A DNA stretch of 57,228 bases from a virus (taxonomy: Duplodnaviria; Caudoviricetes). The position numbers and the translations under genes are program-made. The stretch covers positions 1 through 57,228 of the IMG/VR virus record IMGVR_UViG_3300030117_002543; one strand, 5' to 3'. The stretch's first letter is position 1, and each line of letters starts with the position of its first letter. Under the pieces are notes generated by a model, which saw only the letters and a program-made list of their open reading frames with translations, searched no databases and was not told where the DNA came from. Below, one piece after another: positions 28,278-38,173 of the stretch.

Positions 28278-29720
28278 CTACAGATTCAGTCCCAAAATAC
28301 CCGGTGGTATTGCACTACCAGCAGGTCTAGTTGGAGTTGTATCGAACAAGTCCATGTCGTCTAGTAGAATAAAGTTCTCCCCCGGAGATTGGGTGGCGGC
28401 ATTGGCTAGAGCGAGGCTCATAACCAAGTCGTCATGCGCACCAACTCCCTCAAACCTACCAGAGTCAGTGATGCTGAACATGGAAAGTTCCTCAATCAAG
28501 AGGTTAGTCAACCTTCTGCTGGAATTGTCGCCATAGGGAAAGTTGAATTTTCCATTCTCTATGTTCATTTGCAGGTTCAGAATTATCTCCTGCTTCTTCT
28601 TTCTCGTAGTGTCGAAATCCTTGATGTTCAAGTCGGAGATGCTTCTCAACTCCTGTGTGAATGCCTTAGCGAAGGTGTTGGTCTCATACAGCACCACCTC
28701 TGGTTGGAATATCTTTCCTATCAGTCTAATCTTCTCTATGTTCTCTCTGAACTCAACATTCTTGGCTCGGTCAACATGCACGATTGTCTTGTTTGCTTCA
28801 TCATCAACCTCAAGCACTGTGATTACATTGTAGTCACCGTCAGTCGAAATAGCAGGGTCAACACCGACGTAATACTTGAATCCCTTATCTTTCCTATTTC
28901 CTAGTTTCAAGACATACTCTTTGTTCTTGCAGTTCTCGATGAACTCTGGATTGAATAACGAAGTGCCTGTTGATATCGGTACGCACAAGTATTCTCTTGT
29001 GAACTTTAGAGAACCTATCTCAGCCTTCCTCTGCAACAGTGCATCATGGTCCCAACGCTCAGGCCAAAGAGGTTCGTTCAATGAATTGAAACATGGATAC
29101 TTGGTGACTGTGTATGCTTGGTTATCCTCCAATTGTGCAAAGATATCAGTGTATGTGAATGGCGTACCAATCATACGAAGATTCGATGTATGGTGAAGCG
29201 TCGGTATCATGTCACCGAAGAACCAGTCTGTGACTCTCTGTATTGCTGATAGGCTGAACTCTTTCAACGGGTCGTCGATGATAATCTCCTGTGGGTGAAG
29301 TCCACGAATCTGAGAGCCAACTGACCTCTCAAGTATCGCATTGCCATTCGTGAGTTGTATGTTGCCGATGGCCCAGTTGCGTGAGGGCCGGAACTTCTTG
29401 AGTGCTGGGTGATTGAAGTATCTGTCAATCTCCCTCATGTGAACTAGAGTCTGCTTTTGGTTCGATGAGATGTATAGCATCTGATATGGTGGCTCTTGGA
29501 AGACTAGATTCCATACCACCCAACAATGCATGAAAACAGACTTGCCGTGGTCACGACTACAGATGATGACAGTCCTATCCGTGTTCTGCATGGACTCCAA
29601 CCACTCTTCCATGTACGGTGGAAACATCATGCCGAGTACGTTCTGGAAGAAGTAAGGGAAGGATGTCTTCGACAACTCCATGTCCATAGCGGATACGAAG
29701 TCCATGTCGTCTAGTTCCAC
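28278..29720 (-). CDS. terL: Terminase large subunit
   Basis: Walker A SRDHGKS, Walker B IIIDD, nuclease 'VGVDPA' and 'HDDLVMSLALA'. Confidence 0.95.
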   Translation of the reverse strand: MELDDMDFVSAMDMELSKTSFPYFFQNVLGMMFPPYMEEWLESMQNTDRTVIICSRDHGKSVFMHCWVVWNLVFQEPPYQMLYISSNQKQTLVHMREIDRYFNHPALKKFRPSRNWAIGNIQLTNGNAILERSVGSQIRGLHPQEIIIDDPLKEFSLSAIQRVTDWFFGDMIPTLHHTSNLRMIGTPFTYTDIFAQLEDNQAYTVTKYPCFNSLNEPLWPERWDHDALLQRKAEIGSLKFTREYLCVPISTGTSLFNPEFIENCKNKEYVLKLGNRKDKGFKYYVGVDPAISTDGDYNVITVLEVDDEANKTIVHVDRAKNVEFRENIEKIRLIGKIFQPEVVLYETNTFAKAFTQELRSISDLNIKDFDTTRKKKQEIILNLQMNIENGKFNFPYGDNSSRRLTNLLIEELSMFSITDSGRFEGVGAHDDLVMSLALANAATQSPGENFILLDDMDLFDTTPTRPAGSAIPPGILGLNL

Positions 29721-30580
29721 TATATTCTCCCCCTACCACGACCTAATAACGATTTTATGTGTTTTATTCTATTTTCCCTTATCGTTATTTTTTTGTCTAG
29801 TTTTCGGATAGCCATTGATATTCTATTCATATCCTTTTTCCTTTTCACTTTCCTACGACCACGAAATTGTTTGTCTCTTTGCTCTACGAGTTTCTGTATC
29901 TCTTTTCCTAATTCCATCTGTTCCTGTATGAGTTCTTGTCTCCTCTCTGGTGTCATACGGAATGCCTGTATCCTCTTCTTATCATTATCCCAAAGTGGTT
30001 TGAATGTTGGATTCATCGGATGTTCGACTATATTGCTAGTGGGATAGACGCTATCGAAGGCAATGACACTAGATTCGTTATCAAGTCTCTCTGGTGTCAA
30101 TCCCGTTTTAGTCTTCTCATATGTGTCTTTTATTTTCTTCTTTCTATATGTTACACAATAGGTATCATCGTCGGCATCTGCGAATGAGTAGTAAACTCCA
30201 CTACCCAACGCTCCTATTTTATCCACTATCTCTGCTAGGTTTCCATTTACTTTCATGCCAGCCAACTTGGGATTTTTCGCTTGGTACTCAAAATGCGGCC
30301 TAGTTGTAGCGGTGTTCTTTAGATTGTAAAAATAGTCTGTTATTCTACCTGATGGTTCACTATCATCATAGTCATAGAGTCTATTTTCGTTCCCGACGTT
30401 TTGATACTTATCTCCGCCTAAGTCTTCTCCACCTAGTTTTAGAACATTGAACCAACTCATAGATTTCTTGTATCCAGATGCGTAAGCGGCGGCGGCTTGT
30501 CTCTCAGCATCCTTGCGATTTCTGTAGACCTTTCCTTTGCTACCCCACTTGTAGCCACCCTTGACTCTACGGATTGGTAT
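29720..30580 (-). CDS. Polyprotein-like: small basic module + W-tag (MSWFNVLK) + unknown domain
   Basis: The ORF-track N-terminus (30581-30787) overlaps the upstream gene. Coding-like sequence begins at ATA 30580 (PIRRVKGGYKWG...); alternative ATG at 30460. Confidence 0.6.
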   Translation of the reverse strand: MPIRRVKGGYKWGSKGKVYRNRKDAERQAAAAYASGYKKSMSWFNVLKLGGEDLGGDKYQNVGNENRLYDYDDSEPSGRITDYFYNLKNTATTRPHFEYQAKNPKLAGMKVNGNLAEIVDKIGALGSGVYYSFADADDDTYCVTYRKKKIKDTYEKTKTGLTPERLDNESSVIAFDSVYPTSNIVEHPMNPTFKPLWDNDKKRIQAFRMTPERRQELIQEQMELGKEIQKLVEQRDKQFRGRRKVKRKKDMNRISMAIRKLDKKITIRENRIKHIKSLLGRGRGRI

Positions 30581-30581
30581 T

Positions 30582-31562
30582 CTAACCCCTCCTCTTGAAC
30601 CAACCGTGAAGTCCCTCGTCTTTCTCTCTGCTGAATGTACCAGCCTTCCTCTTCTTCGGCTTTCCACCTCTTCTCTTGTAGTCCCTGCAAGCAGAGCAAG
30701 TCGGTCTGCATCTTCTCTTCTGTCCCTTGGATGCATCTTTCCTACCACAAGGCTCTGTTCCGGGCTTGTCATCTGTGCAAGAAGCACAACTGACCCAATC
30801 CTTGGATATTATTTCCTGCCAACTCTTACTGACCTTATCCGAATCAAGATACGCATCAGCAATCAACGCACCGACTTTCTTTCCAGTCTCGACATCGCTT
30901 GGGAAGTGATTGCCCATCTGTATCCTTGACATGGATATCTTCTCTGCCATATCATTGAGTTCCTCCTGCTTGTCAGGATACTCCTTCCCTAGTATCTTGG
31001 CAAGGGCATATGACTCCGTTGCATGTCCACTTGGGAATGATGGAGTGTCATCTGTGCTAGTGACGGATTCTATCTCATCTGATATCTCATATGGTCTAGG
31101 TCTTCCGTACTTCATCTTGAGTTTGATTATGTGAATGTCGATGTCTTCGATTAGTTTCTCCCTGTCTTTCATCTTCTCCCCAACTATCTTCAACATCATC
31201 TCATGGTTGTTCATGTCTAGGTCTTCTATTTCACTCTCATCGATTTTCTTACCCTTTATCATCTCGATGACTTTGGGTAGTTCTTCCTCGTTGGATGGAT
31301 GCGAATACTCAGGGAATGTAACATCGAAACTCGGAGTCTTTTCCAGAAGTTTCTGCTTGTCATCAGGTAGCCTATCGACCCATTTTGACTCTGCTTTGGT
31401 CAATGCTTTTTTTTTTGAGTTGCCCCAATTAGCCGCACCTACTTTACGGCACTGCACCAAAGCACCTGACGCATATGCAGAAGGCCATTTGGTGTATCGG
31501 CTTCTGACCTTGCGATAGCAAGCGTCTTTCTTCTTCTTCAAGTCTTCAAACCAGAGTTCCAT
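30582..31562 (-). CDS. PAP2/haloperoxidase-superfamily phosphatase flanked by small basic Cys modules
   Basis: KxxxxRxRP (KMKYGRPRP), PSFPSGH, SRxxxGxHFPSD motifs. Confidence 0.85.
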   Translation of the reverse strand: MELWFEDLKKKKDACYRKVRSRYTKWPSAYASGALVQCRKVGAANWGNSKKKALTKAESKWVDRLPDDKQKLLEKTPSFDVTFPEYSHPSNEEELPKVIEMIKGKKIDESEIEDLDMNNHEMMLKIVGEKMKDREKLIEDIDIHIIKLKMKYGRPRPYEISDEIESVTSTDDTPSFPSGHATESYALAKILGKEYPDKQEELNDMAEKISMSRIQMGNHFPSDVETGKKVGALIADAYLDSDKVSKSWQEIISKDWVSCASCTDDKPGTEPCGRKDASKGQKRRCRPTCSACRDYKRRGGKPKKRKAGTFSREKDEGLHGWFKRRG

Positions 31563-31571
31563 ATTATTACC

Positions 31572-31784
31572 TCATGCACCTGCCGCCGCATAGAATCTCT
31601 TTTTGCAAAGAGCGCAAATTTCTTTTCCTTCGGGGTCTAAGTCTCCTCTCATAAAATTAGTAGAGCCACATCTAGCACAAACCTTCTGCGCTTCAGGACT
31701 TTGAGGCATCACTGTACCTAATCTCTGTCGCATTCTCAATTGCTGTTCCAAGGGATTTATCTTTACAATATCAAACCAAGACAT
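31572..31784 (-). CDS. W-tag zinc-finger protein (MSWFDIVK)
   Basis: CARC...CALC; ATG at 31784 after GGTGA. Confidence 0.75.
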   Translation of the reverse strand: MSWFDIVKINPLEQQLRMRQRLGTVMPQSPEAQKVCARCGSTNFMRGDLDPEGKEICALCKKRFYAAAGA

Positions 31785-31788
31785 ATTA

Positions 31789-32577
31789 TCACCAATCCCT
31801 GCAAGCCATGCATCTAGGGGAGTTGTCACCACCCTTGCAAGTGGAACACTTGTGTCTAGCCCTAAATGATTTTCTCCTCTTGCCTGACCTCTTGCCTGAT
31901 ACGGTTACTCCCTTCTGTCCCCAATGAACTCGCTTGTATCCTCCACCGGGTTTGCTGACGCACTTCATCCACTTCTTACCCTTGGCAGTTGAACTGGTCT
32001 TCTTCGTTGGTCCCTTGCACTGTGCCTTGACTAGGGCGAACCACTGTACGCTAGGTTTGTAGAATAGTTTCCTGATTGCGGTTGTCGAACTTCCTTCATT
32101 CTCCAACATCGTGAAGACCTCCCTTATATCGTCGGGGATGTCATCTTGGTCAATGACTTTGTTGTTTGAGTCAAATTGTATGGGGTTGAATCCCTGTCTC
32201 TCAAACACAGGAACACCTGCTGGCTTTGCCGCTCCAACTATTGGTCTGTTGCTGTGCATGTCAATGACTTTGTTAGATATCCAACTACCAGCACCCCTTG
32301 TCTCTTCCTTGCTGAGACCAGATTCTTTCGCATGGCTTTTCAAGCCAGTCAAGAGATAGATGTTCTTGTACGGTGCGATTCCTTGAACTGCAATTGGCTT
32401 GCCATCTTCCACTGTTGGATAGTATGCGATGTAATACTTGGGGTCTACTTTACCAAATGGAGTATTAGTAAGCATCTGGTATCTCTCTGCTCTTGTTTGA
32501 TAATCTATGCCATGCTCTGCAAAACGCGCTTTGACCTCATCTTCCGACAATGGAGGTGAAATCTGAAACTCTGCCAT
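31789..32577 (-). CDS. GNAT-like domain + W-tag + basic 'SFRARHKC' module
   Basis: 'RGAGS...FERQGF' resembles GNAT motifs A/B; 'WFALVKA' precedes a K/R/C-rich C-terminal module. Confidence 0.6.
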   Translation of the reverse strand: MAEFQISPPLSEDEVKARFAEHGIDYQTRAERYQMLTNTPFGKVDPKYYIAYYPTVEDGKPIAVQGIAPYKNIYLLTGLKSHAKESGLSKEETRGAGSWISNKVIDMHSNRPIVGAAKPAGVPVFERQGFNPIQFDSNNKVIDQDDIPDDIREVFTMLENEGSSTTAIRKLFYKPSVQWFALVKAQCKGPTKKTSSTAKGKKWMKCVSKPGGGYKRVHWGQKGVTVSGKRSGKRRKSFRARHKCSTCKGGDNSPRCMACRDW

Positions 32578-32581
32578 CTAA

Positions 32582-35230
32582 TCACCTGAATGTCGCCTTG
32601 AGGAAGTAGACGCTCTCCTTGGGAACACCGTATCTTTTGCTTAGGTTCTCCATCGAGTCCATGTCCGTCACTATGTTCTCAATCTCACCAGCGGATACCT
32701 CTACGTTATACTCCTTCTCCATGATGTCCATCGCTGTTGAGATATGATTGAAGTTATCGAGTTTGGATGTGTTGTAGTAGATGGGCTTGTCCATCATCTT
32801 CCTGATTGTGTCATGTACCTCTAGGACTGGTATCTCATCGGACTTGACGATGTTCATGTCATCCAATGCAGAGCGGAACTCTGCCACTTCCTTCTCCATT
32901 CCTGCCTTCTCGTAGACAGAACCACTTCTCTCCAAGTAGGACTCTATTGCTTCGATTGGATATATCTCCTCCTTGCTCCAATCCTCTGCCAGTTCTGCTA
33001 CTGACTTACCACCGAATGTCCTGTCTGACTTGTTGTTCCTCTGTAGGAAATTGTGATACCAGTACCCAATCTCTACGTCAATCGCATCCTTGAATGACTT
33101 GCCTCCAACAGCCATTATCTCCATTGCCGCCTTCTTCAAATCAACAAGAGCGTTGTCCAACTTGTTCATGTCTTTGAACTTGGATGGGTTGCTGAGTTCC
33201 TTCAATGCCCTGCTCATCTTGTCTAGTTGTGATGGTATAATCAATCCACCTTGTCCTATGCTTTCAGCCCATAGTAGCATGAAGAACGCATTTGCTCCTT
33301 TGTTGTCTTGAGTGAGGGTTTTGAACAAGTCAATCGTTGAACCTAACTCGCCACTATCACCGAATGCTATGGCATCATCGAATGGCTTGTACCTGCTGTT
33401 GATTGGCTTGACGTAATACTCAAAGATTGCATCTAGCATCTTGTCGAAGTCATCCTTTAAGTCTCCCAACTCGGATGTGAATGTTTTCTTTCGACTTGTT
33501 CCGAAACCAGTCGCACCAAATGGATTCTGATTGTCAGGCATTGAAGCATCCATACTCCTCTCCTGTACCGTGAATGGGCTTGATAGTCTCTCCATCTCAT
33601 TCTCGCTACTATCTATTATCTCACCAACTGCCTTAAGGAAGCCAGTGATGTTCTCCATGGTGCTATTGTAATCCTGTAGTAGTTTACGAGCATCATCATC
33701 CAACTCCGAGTATAGTTCCCTATCATCAATCATTGCGATTAACTTGGGAGACACTGGCAGATGGTACTCGGAACGAGTTGATGATGCCTGTTGCATGAGT
33801 TTGTCTATGTATGATGACAATTCGGAACTGATGTCTGTTGTGTACTTGGCTCCTGCTATGGCAAAGTTACGACTGAGTTTTCTCAATTCCTTCAAGAACA
33901 AGGGGCCATCTAGCCAAGCACTGTACTTGTTCTCCTTCTGCTGTTGAGGTGCGTAGACGTAGTAGAATAATGGGTCAACATCCACATCTTGCATTATTCT
34001 CCTGAGTTTCCTACCAAGCAATGTTCTCTCCTGTGCAGATTCCCTAGCCTCATCGGTTGGTCTGGTGTCAGTTGCAGATGACTCGTATGGATTGGCATCA
34101 TCCAAGTCCTCTACTACTTCCTCGATGCCATAATCATCATCATCTGATGGAACGACCCTGCCTTCCTCACCTACTATGGCGGGGCCAAGTTCTCCCAATT
34201 CCTCTCTCAGTTCATCACGAATCTTCCTATCAGTGTACTGTCCACTACCAAGACCCTGAGTCAAGGACATGAATCTCTCAAAGAAGATAAGGTACTTGTC
34301 CCTCTTGTCCATGTGGTCTTGCATCTTGAGTGGCTTCATTACGAAGGTGTATTGCATACTGTGAGGATACTGCTTGAACTCATCAGCGTACTCACCAACC
34401 TTAGCAACTATTCCCTTGAGTCTGTCATCTTCCGTATCGAAATCCTCCAAGCCATCAGAGAAGTCACCCACTGCTTTGACTAGTTCATCGAATCTCTTCT
34501 CATGTATTCCCTGCCAGTAGTCGTAGATTCCTTCTCTCCTAGTCAAGAACTTTAGGTCTAGTTTACCAATCAGCATATCAGCATCCAACTTGTCTGCTTC
34601 ATAGAAAGGCATGTCCCTTTGAATGAGTCCGGTGAGATAGTTGATTATTGGCTTGACTCTGTTCCTGAGTTTACTGTTTCTCTCGGTTTCCAATGCTCTC
34701 TTGTACGTCTTGAGTTTGGCTTGACTCGCATCCCCTACAACTTGTAGGTTGATGAGAGATGGAACTTCGCCTGTAAGGAACATCTTGGAATTCAGTCTTT
34801 GTCCCTCTGCGGTGAAGTTCCTGAGAACCTCATCTAGTTCTGTTGTCAGTTCAGGTATCTCCTCGATTACGTCATCGCTGAGACTCGTCAGGATGAATGT
34901 GATGTATGACTTGAGGTTCCTCAATCTGCCAATATTAGGATATCTCTCCTTGAGTTTCTGTGTGGCCTCCTCTGCCGACATATCCAACTTGGCTGGAAAA
35001 ACACCGTCTTCCTTCACTACTTGCATCACTTCTTCATTGGTGATGCTTGCTCTGAATGGCCTCACTAAGTCCTCTGCTTCCTGTAGGGAAAACGATTCCT
35101 TTTGTTTGTCATCCACATGATTCTGAATGCTGATTGGAAACTGTCCCTTGTCCTCTGTGATGAACTTGCGAACAAATTCAATCCGATTATCGGCAAGCAT
35201 CTCCAATGTCATATGTTCTCCCTCAGCCAA
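32582..35230 (-). CDS. Large acidic helical hypothetical protein (882 aa)
   Basis: Long ORF; C-terminal HTH-like segment after 'IVKSD'. Confidence 0.8.
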   Translation of the reverse strand: MAEGEHMTLEMLADNRIEFVRKFITEDKGQFPISIQNHVDDKQKESFSLQEAEDLVRPFRASITNEEVMQVVKEDGVFPAKLDMSAEEATQKLKERYPNIGRLRNLKSYITFILTSLSDDVIEEIPELTTELDEVLRNFTAEGQRLNSKMFLTGEVPSLINLQVVGDASQAKLKTYKRALETERNSKLRNRVKPIINYLTGLIQRDMPFYEADKLDADMLIGKLDLKFLTRREGIYDYWQGIHEKRFDELVKAVGDFSDGLEDFDTEDDRLKGIVAKVGEYADEFKQYPHSMQYTFVMKPLKMQDHMDKRDKYLIFFERFMSLTQGLGSGQYTDRKIRDELREELGELGPAIVGEEGRVVPSDDDDYGIEEVVEDLDDANPYESSATDTRPTDEARESAQERTLLGRKLRRIMQDVDVDPLFYYVYAPQQQKENKYSAWLDGPLFLKELRKLSRNFAIAGAKYTTDISSELSSYIDKLMQQASSTRSEYHLPVSPKLIAMIDDRELYSELDDDARKLLQDYNSTMENITGFLKAVGEIIDSSENEMERLSSPFTVQERSMDASMPDNQNPFGATGFGTSRKKTFTSELGDLKDDFDKMLDAIFEYYVKPINSRYKPFDDAIAFGDSGELGSTIDLFKTLTQDNKGANAFFMLLWAESIGQGGLIIPSQLDKMSRALKELSNPSKFKDMNKLDNALVDLKKAAMEIMAVGGKSFKDAIDVEIGYWYHNFLQRNNKSDRTFGGKSVAELAEDWSKEEIYPIEAIESYLERSGSVYEKAGMEKEVAEFRSALDDMNIVKSDEIPVLEVHDTIRKMMDKPIYYNTSKLDNFNHISTAMDIMEKEYNVEVSAGEIENIVTDMDSMENLSKRYGVPKESVYFLKATFR

Positions 35231-36855
35231 TCCAACGGTTCTATAGTCTTTCTTTCATGCAACATGTTAGTGTTGTACTCACTAAGCAGTGTTGCCATCT
35301 TCTCCTTTATCGCTAGTAGCATGTCGTTTCTAATCTCTTTGTACTTAGAAGTGGAGAGTTCGTCATCTAGTTTCTTCTTGTTCTCGTCACTCTGTTCTTT
35401 AGCGTAGGCTTTCACTGCGGCCTTTACATCGCTTGCTCCTTGATAGGCGCGTTCTGCTATTGCGATATATCGAATTAAGTCTCCAATCATCACTTGATTC
35501 TTATTTCCTTCTGCCGCAAAAGAAACCGCCATATTTGGGTTGTCTGCTTGAGCGATGGTTTGCAAGTATTGTGGGAAAGCCCTCTCACTTGTCTCCTCAG
35601 ATGTTATCTGCTTCAATGAGCCATCATTGTTCCACAGTTCTATTCCCTCGTCTTGTAGAAGTTCGGACTCCTCCAACCTCTTCTTTGTCTCCATATCAAC
35701 TGGCCTCACGAAACCGTTGACCTTCTCCTGTAGTTTCCTCAAGTCCTCCTCATGCTCATCCAACATGTCCTCCAATGCATCATCAGAGTTTATGCCATAC
35801 ACCTCCAAAGACTCATCCCATTCTCCACTCATCATCTTGTCATAGGCATCTTTAGGAATGGAGAACTTCACATCTACGCTTTCCACTTTCATCTCCTCTC
35901 CCAAGTTAGCCAACATAGATTTGAACTCCTTGCTCATCTCCCTGTCTGCGGCTACTGAATTCTCAAACGAAACAACGCTCTCGCTCCTATCCCATTCCTC
36001 TTGTACTGCATTGTCAAACTCGCTTCTCCTGAGTTTGTTGTATAGAATCTCCTTGACTGTGCTAGATTTGGTATCGGCAACTACCATGAACTCTTCAAAA
36101 TTGATAGAATCATTCTCCAAGATGTATGATGTTGCAGGTGGAACGTTACCTCCTTGGGTCATGTCTAGCCCAAACAACCTACGTGCGGCGACAGATTTCA
36201 GTCCTTCCCTTATCGGCAAGTAGGATTCCTTTCCTAGTCTCATCTCATTTGCCGTAGGTGGTAGTGTCAACTCGTTACTTATCATCTTGACATATTCCAA
36301 CACCGTGTCATCCCCGATTGAGGAGGGGGATACCTGCCTCCTCATCTCCTCGGATGAGTCCAGTTGCCTGAACACCTTCCTCATCTTCTCAGCGAGTTCG
36401 GGCTTGTCCTTGACATAATCTTTCAACTCATCATTGTTGGCTTTATTCCAATTTTGAATGGCAGAAAACAATCCCTTCATTTTGCTTCTCTGTACCAACT
36501 CCAAAAGACCATCGTGGTTTCCCTCAAGAAAATCCTCAATCTTGTCTCTCAAGTAAGGCTTATCCATTTGTTTAGGAGTAGGTTGCTTTTGCCTGTATTC
36601 TTTGAGCATTCTCAGATAATCTTCCTTGTCTTCCAATTTCCAATTGACTTGCTTGAACCTCTCTTCAAACTCCTCATCTTCAACTCGCTCTATTTTCTGA
36701 GTCAACTTACTAATACTTATTTTTCCGGTTCTCGTATCATACTCTGACAGGTCTACTGGTTCGTTTGTAGCCCCTGCTATGGTCAACGCGTTTGCAATCT
36801 TAACTTGCTCATCAGATAAGAATGGCCTGACTTTCAGCAGAGACTCCCATGCCAT
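35209..36855 (-). CDS. W-tag large acidic protein (MAWESLLK)
   Basis: 548-aa ORF with RBS. Confidence 0.8.
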   Translation of the reverse strand: MAWESLLKVRPFLSDEQVKIANALTIAGATNEPVDLSEYDTRTGKISISKLTQKIERVEDEEFEERFKQVNWKLEDKEDYLRMLKEYRQKQPTPKQMDKPYLRDKIEDFLEGNHDGLLELVQRSKMKGLFSAIQNWNKANNDELKDYVKDKPELAEKMRKVFRQLDSSEEMRRQVSPSSIGDDTVLEYVKMISNELTLPPTANEMRLGKESYLPIREGLKSVAARRLFGLDMTQGGNVPPATSYILENDSINFEEFMVVADTKSSTVKEILYNKLRRSEFDNAVQEEWDRSESVVSFENSVAADREMSKEFKSMLANLGEEMKVESVDVKFSIPKDAYDKMMSGEWDESLEVYGINSDDALEDMLDEHEEDLRKLQEKVNGFVRPVDMETKKRLEESELLQDEGIELWNNDGSLKQITSEETSERAFPQYLQTIAQADNPNMAVSFAAEGNKNQVMIGDLIRYIAIAERAYQGASDVKAAVKAYAKEQSDENKKKLDDELSTSKYKEIRNDMLLAIKEKMATLLSEYNTNMLHERKTIEPLDWLRENI

Positions 36856-36863
36856 TGTAACAC

Positions 36864-37382
36864 CTACTTGAACTCAAACAATCCCGTTTGTTTCTTCTTG
36901 TCCATCTCGGCCTTTCTTCTTGCCTTCTCTTGCCTTCTTTTATGGAACTTCTTTCTCTCTTCATTATAGCCCATCGTGCCTTTGATAGGTTTTTTCTCAT
37001 CTTTGTTTTTGATTAAATTAAACCAATTTCTTTCTTCTTTATTTTCGCTTGCCAATTTATATCCTCCTTGATTTCTGAATCGACCTCTCATTTGTCCATC
37101 AACACCAACGGTCTTTGCGTGTTTCTCCATCTCACGCTCTAGTTGCTGTCTCATCCAAGCCTTCCATTTGACTCTAGGACTATTTGGAAGACTAATCTGA
37201 TGCGGTTCATTTGAAGGGTCATGTTGTTCGGATGGATTCGCTTCGGTATATCTGATTATACCCCCATGCGCTCTATCGGGTATTGACTCGACAACCTTGA
37301 ACTTAGGGATGTTTCTTTTGATGAACGCAACTGCTTGAGCGAGTTTGCCTTGCTTCTTTTGCAGTCTATCTTCCCAAGTCAT
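36864..37382 (-). CDS. W-tag protein (MTWEDRLQK; internal RNWFNLIK)
   Basis: ORF with two tags. Confidence 0.7.
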   Translation of the reverse strand: MTWEDRLQKKQGKLAQAVAFIKRNIPKFKVVESIPDRAHGGIIRYTEANPSEQHDPSNEPHQISLPNSPRVKWKAWMRQQLEREMEKHAKTVGVDGQMRGRFRNQGGYKLASENKEERNWFNLIKNKDEKKPIKGTMGYNEERKKFHKRRQEKARRKAEMDKKKQTGLFEFK

Positions 37383-37389
37383 TTTATCA

Positions 37390-37860
37390 CTATCTTTGAT
37401 AACCTACTATATCTGAGGTTAGATACCAGAACATGTCATCCGCATCAAGTCCCAAGTAGTTGTTAAAGAAATAATCATATTCTTCATCAGTTGGTGGCCC
37501 GTCATATAAATCCTTATTTTGTGACTTAATAAAATCGGGTAATGTTCTTTTTAGCAAATCGTTTATCTGCTTTTGAAGAGGCTTCATTTTTTCAGTGTTT
37601 ACATCTTCTTTCTCCTCGTTAGTCTCAAGGTCAACCCAAATGCCAACATATTCCTTAGCCAATTCTTCTAACTGTGCATTCTCCATTTTAAGAACTTGCG
37701 AATATATCCAATCGGCAGTCCCATGCAGAGATTCCCAGTCTGGTTCTTCTCTATCCAAGTTTTCGTCTGCAAACATATCTACAATGTCAGCACTACTCAT
37801 ACCATACGTTTGTTCCATTTCCCAAGCATCTCCTTTTCTTAGTATATCTTTCCAAGTCAT
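37390..37860 (-). CDS. W-tag protein (MTWKDILRK)
   Basis: ATG at 37860 after GGTGA; upstream part of the track ORF overlaps another gene. Confidence 0.75.
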   Translation of the reverse strand: MTWKDILRKGDAWEMEQTYGMSSADIVDMFADENLDREEPDWESLHGTADWIYSQVLKMENAQLEELAKEYVGIWVDLETNEEKEDVNTEKMKPLQKQINDLLKRTLPDFIKSQNKDLYDGPPTDEEYDYFFNNYLGLDADDMFWYLTSDIVGYQR

Positions 37861-37864
37861 CGTA

Positions 37865-38173
37865 TCACCTGTAGGAATAATTGTCCTTCGCTTCCTGACG
37901 TTGCTCTTCGCTAATCCAAGGTTCCTTGAAAGACAGCCTTGGTGCTTCCTTTCCACCATCCTTCGGTGGCATGTCATCGAACTTGAAGCCCCTTGGCGGT
38001 GGGATGCGATAATCAAAATCGTCACCGCAATACGCACACAATTCTTGTCCCTTCTCAACTGCTCTTATGCAGTTGTTAGCACAGAGAAGGTAACCCATCT
38101 TGTATCTATTAGGTGTGCTTTCTCTGACCTCCTTGCATATTTTATCTGCTTTCATTATATCTTTCCAATTCAT
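37865..38173 (-). CDS. W-tag zinc-binding protein (MNWKDIMKA)
   Basis: ATGA coupling; C...CxxxC...CxxC. Confidence 0.75.
   Translation of the reverse strand: MNWKDIMKADKICKEVRESTPNRYKMGYLLCANNCIRAVEKGQELCAYCGDDFDYRIPPPRGFKFDDMPPKDGGKEAPRLSFKEPWISEEQRQEAKDNYSYR

Noticed and set aside
30581-30787. N-terminal 69 aa of track ORF 29720..30787
   Set aside because: Overlaps the 3' end of the PAP2 gene in another frame; the likely start is 30580 or 30460.
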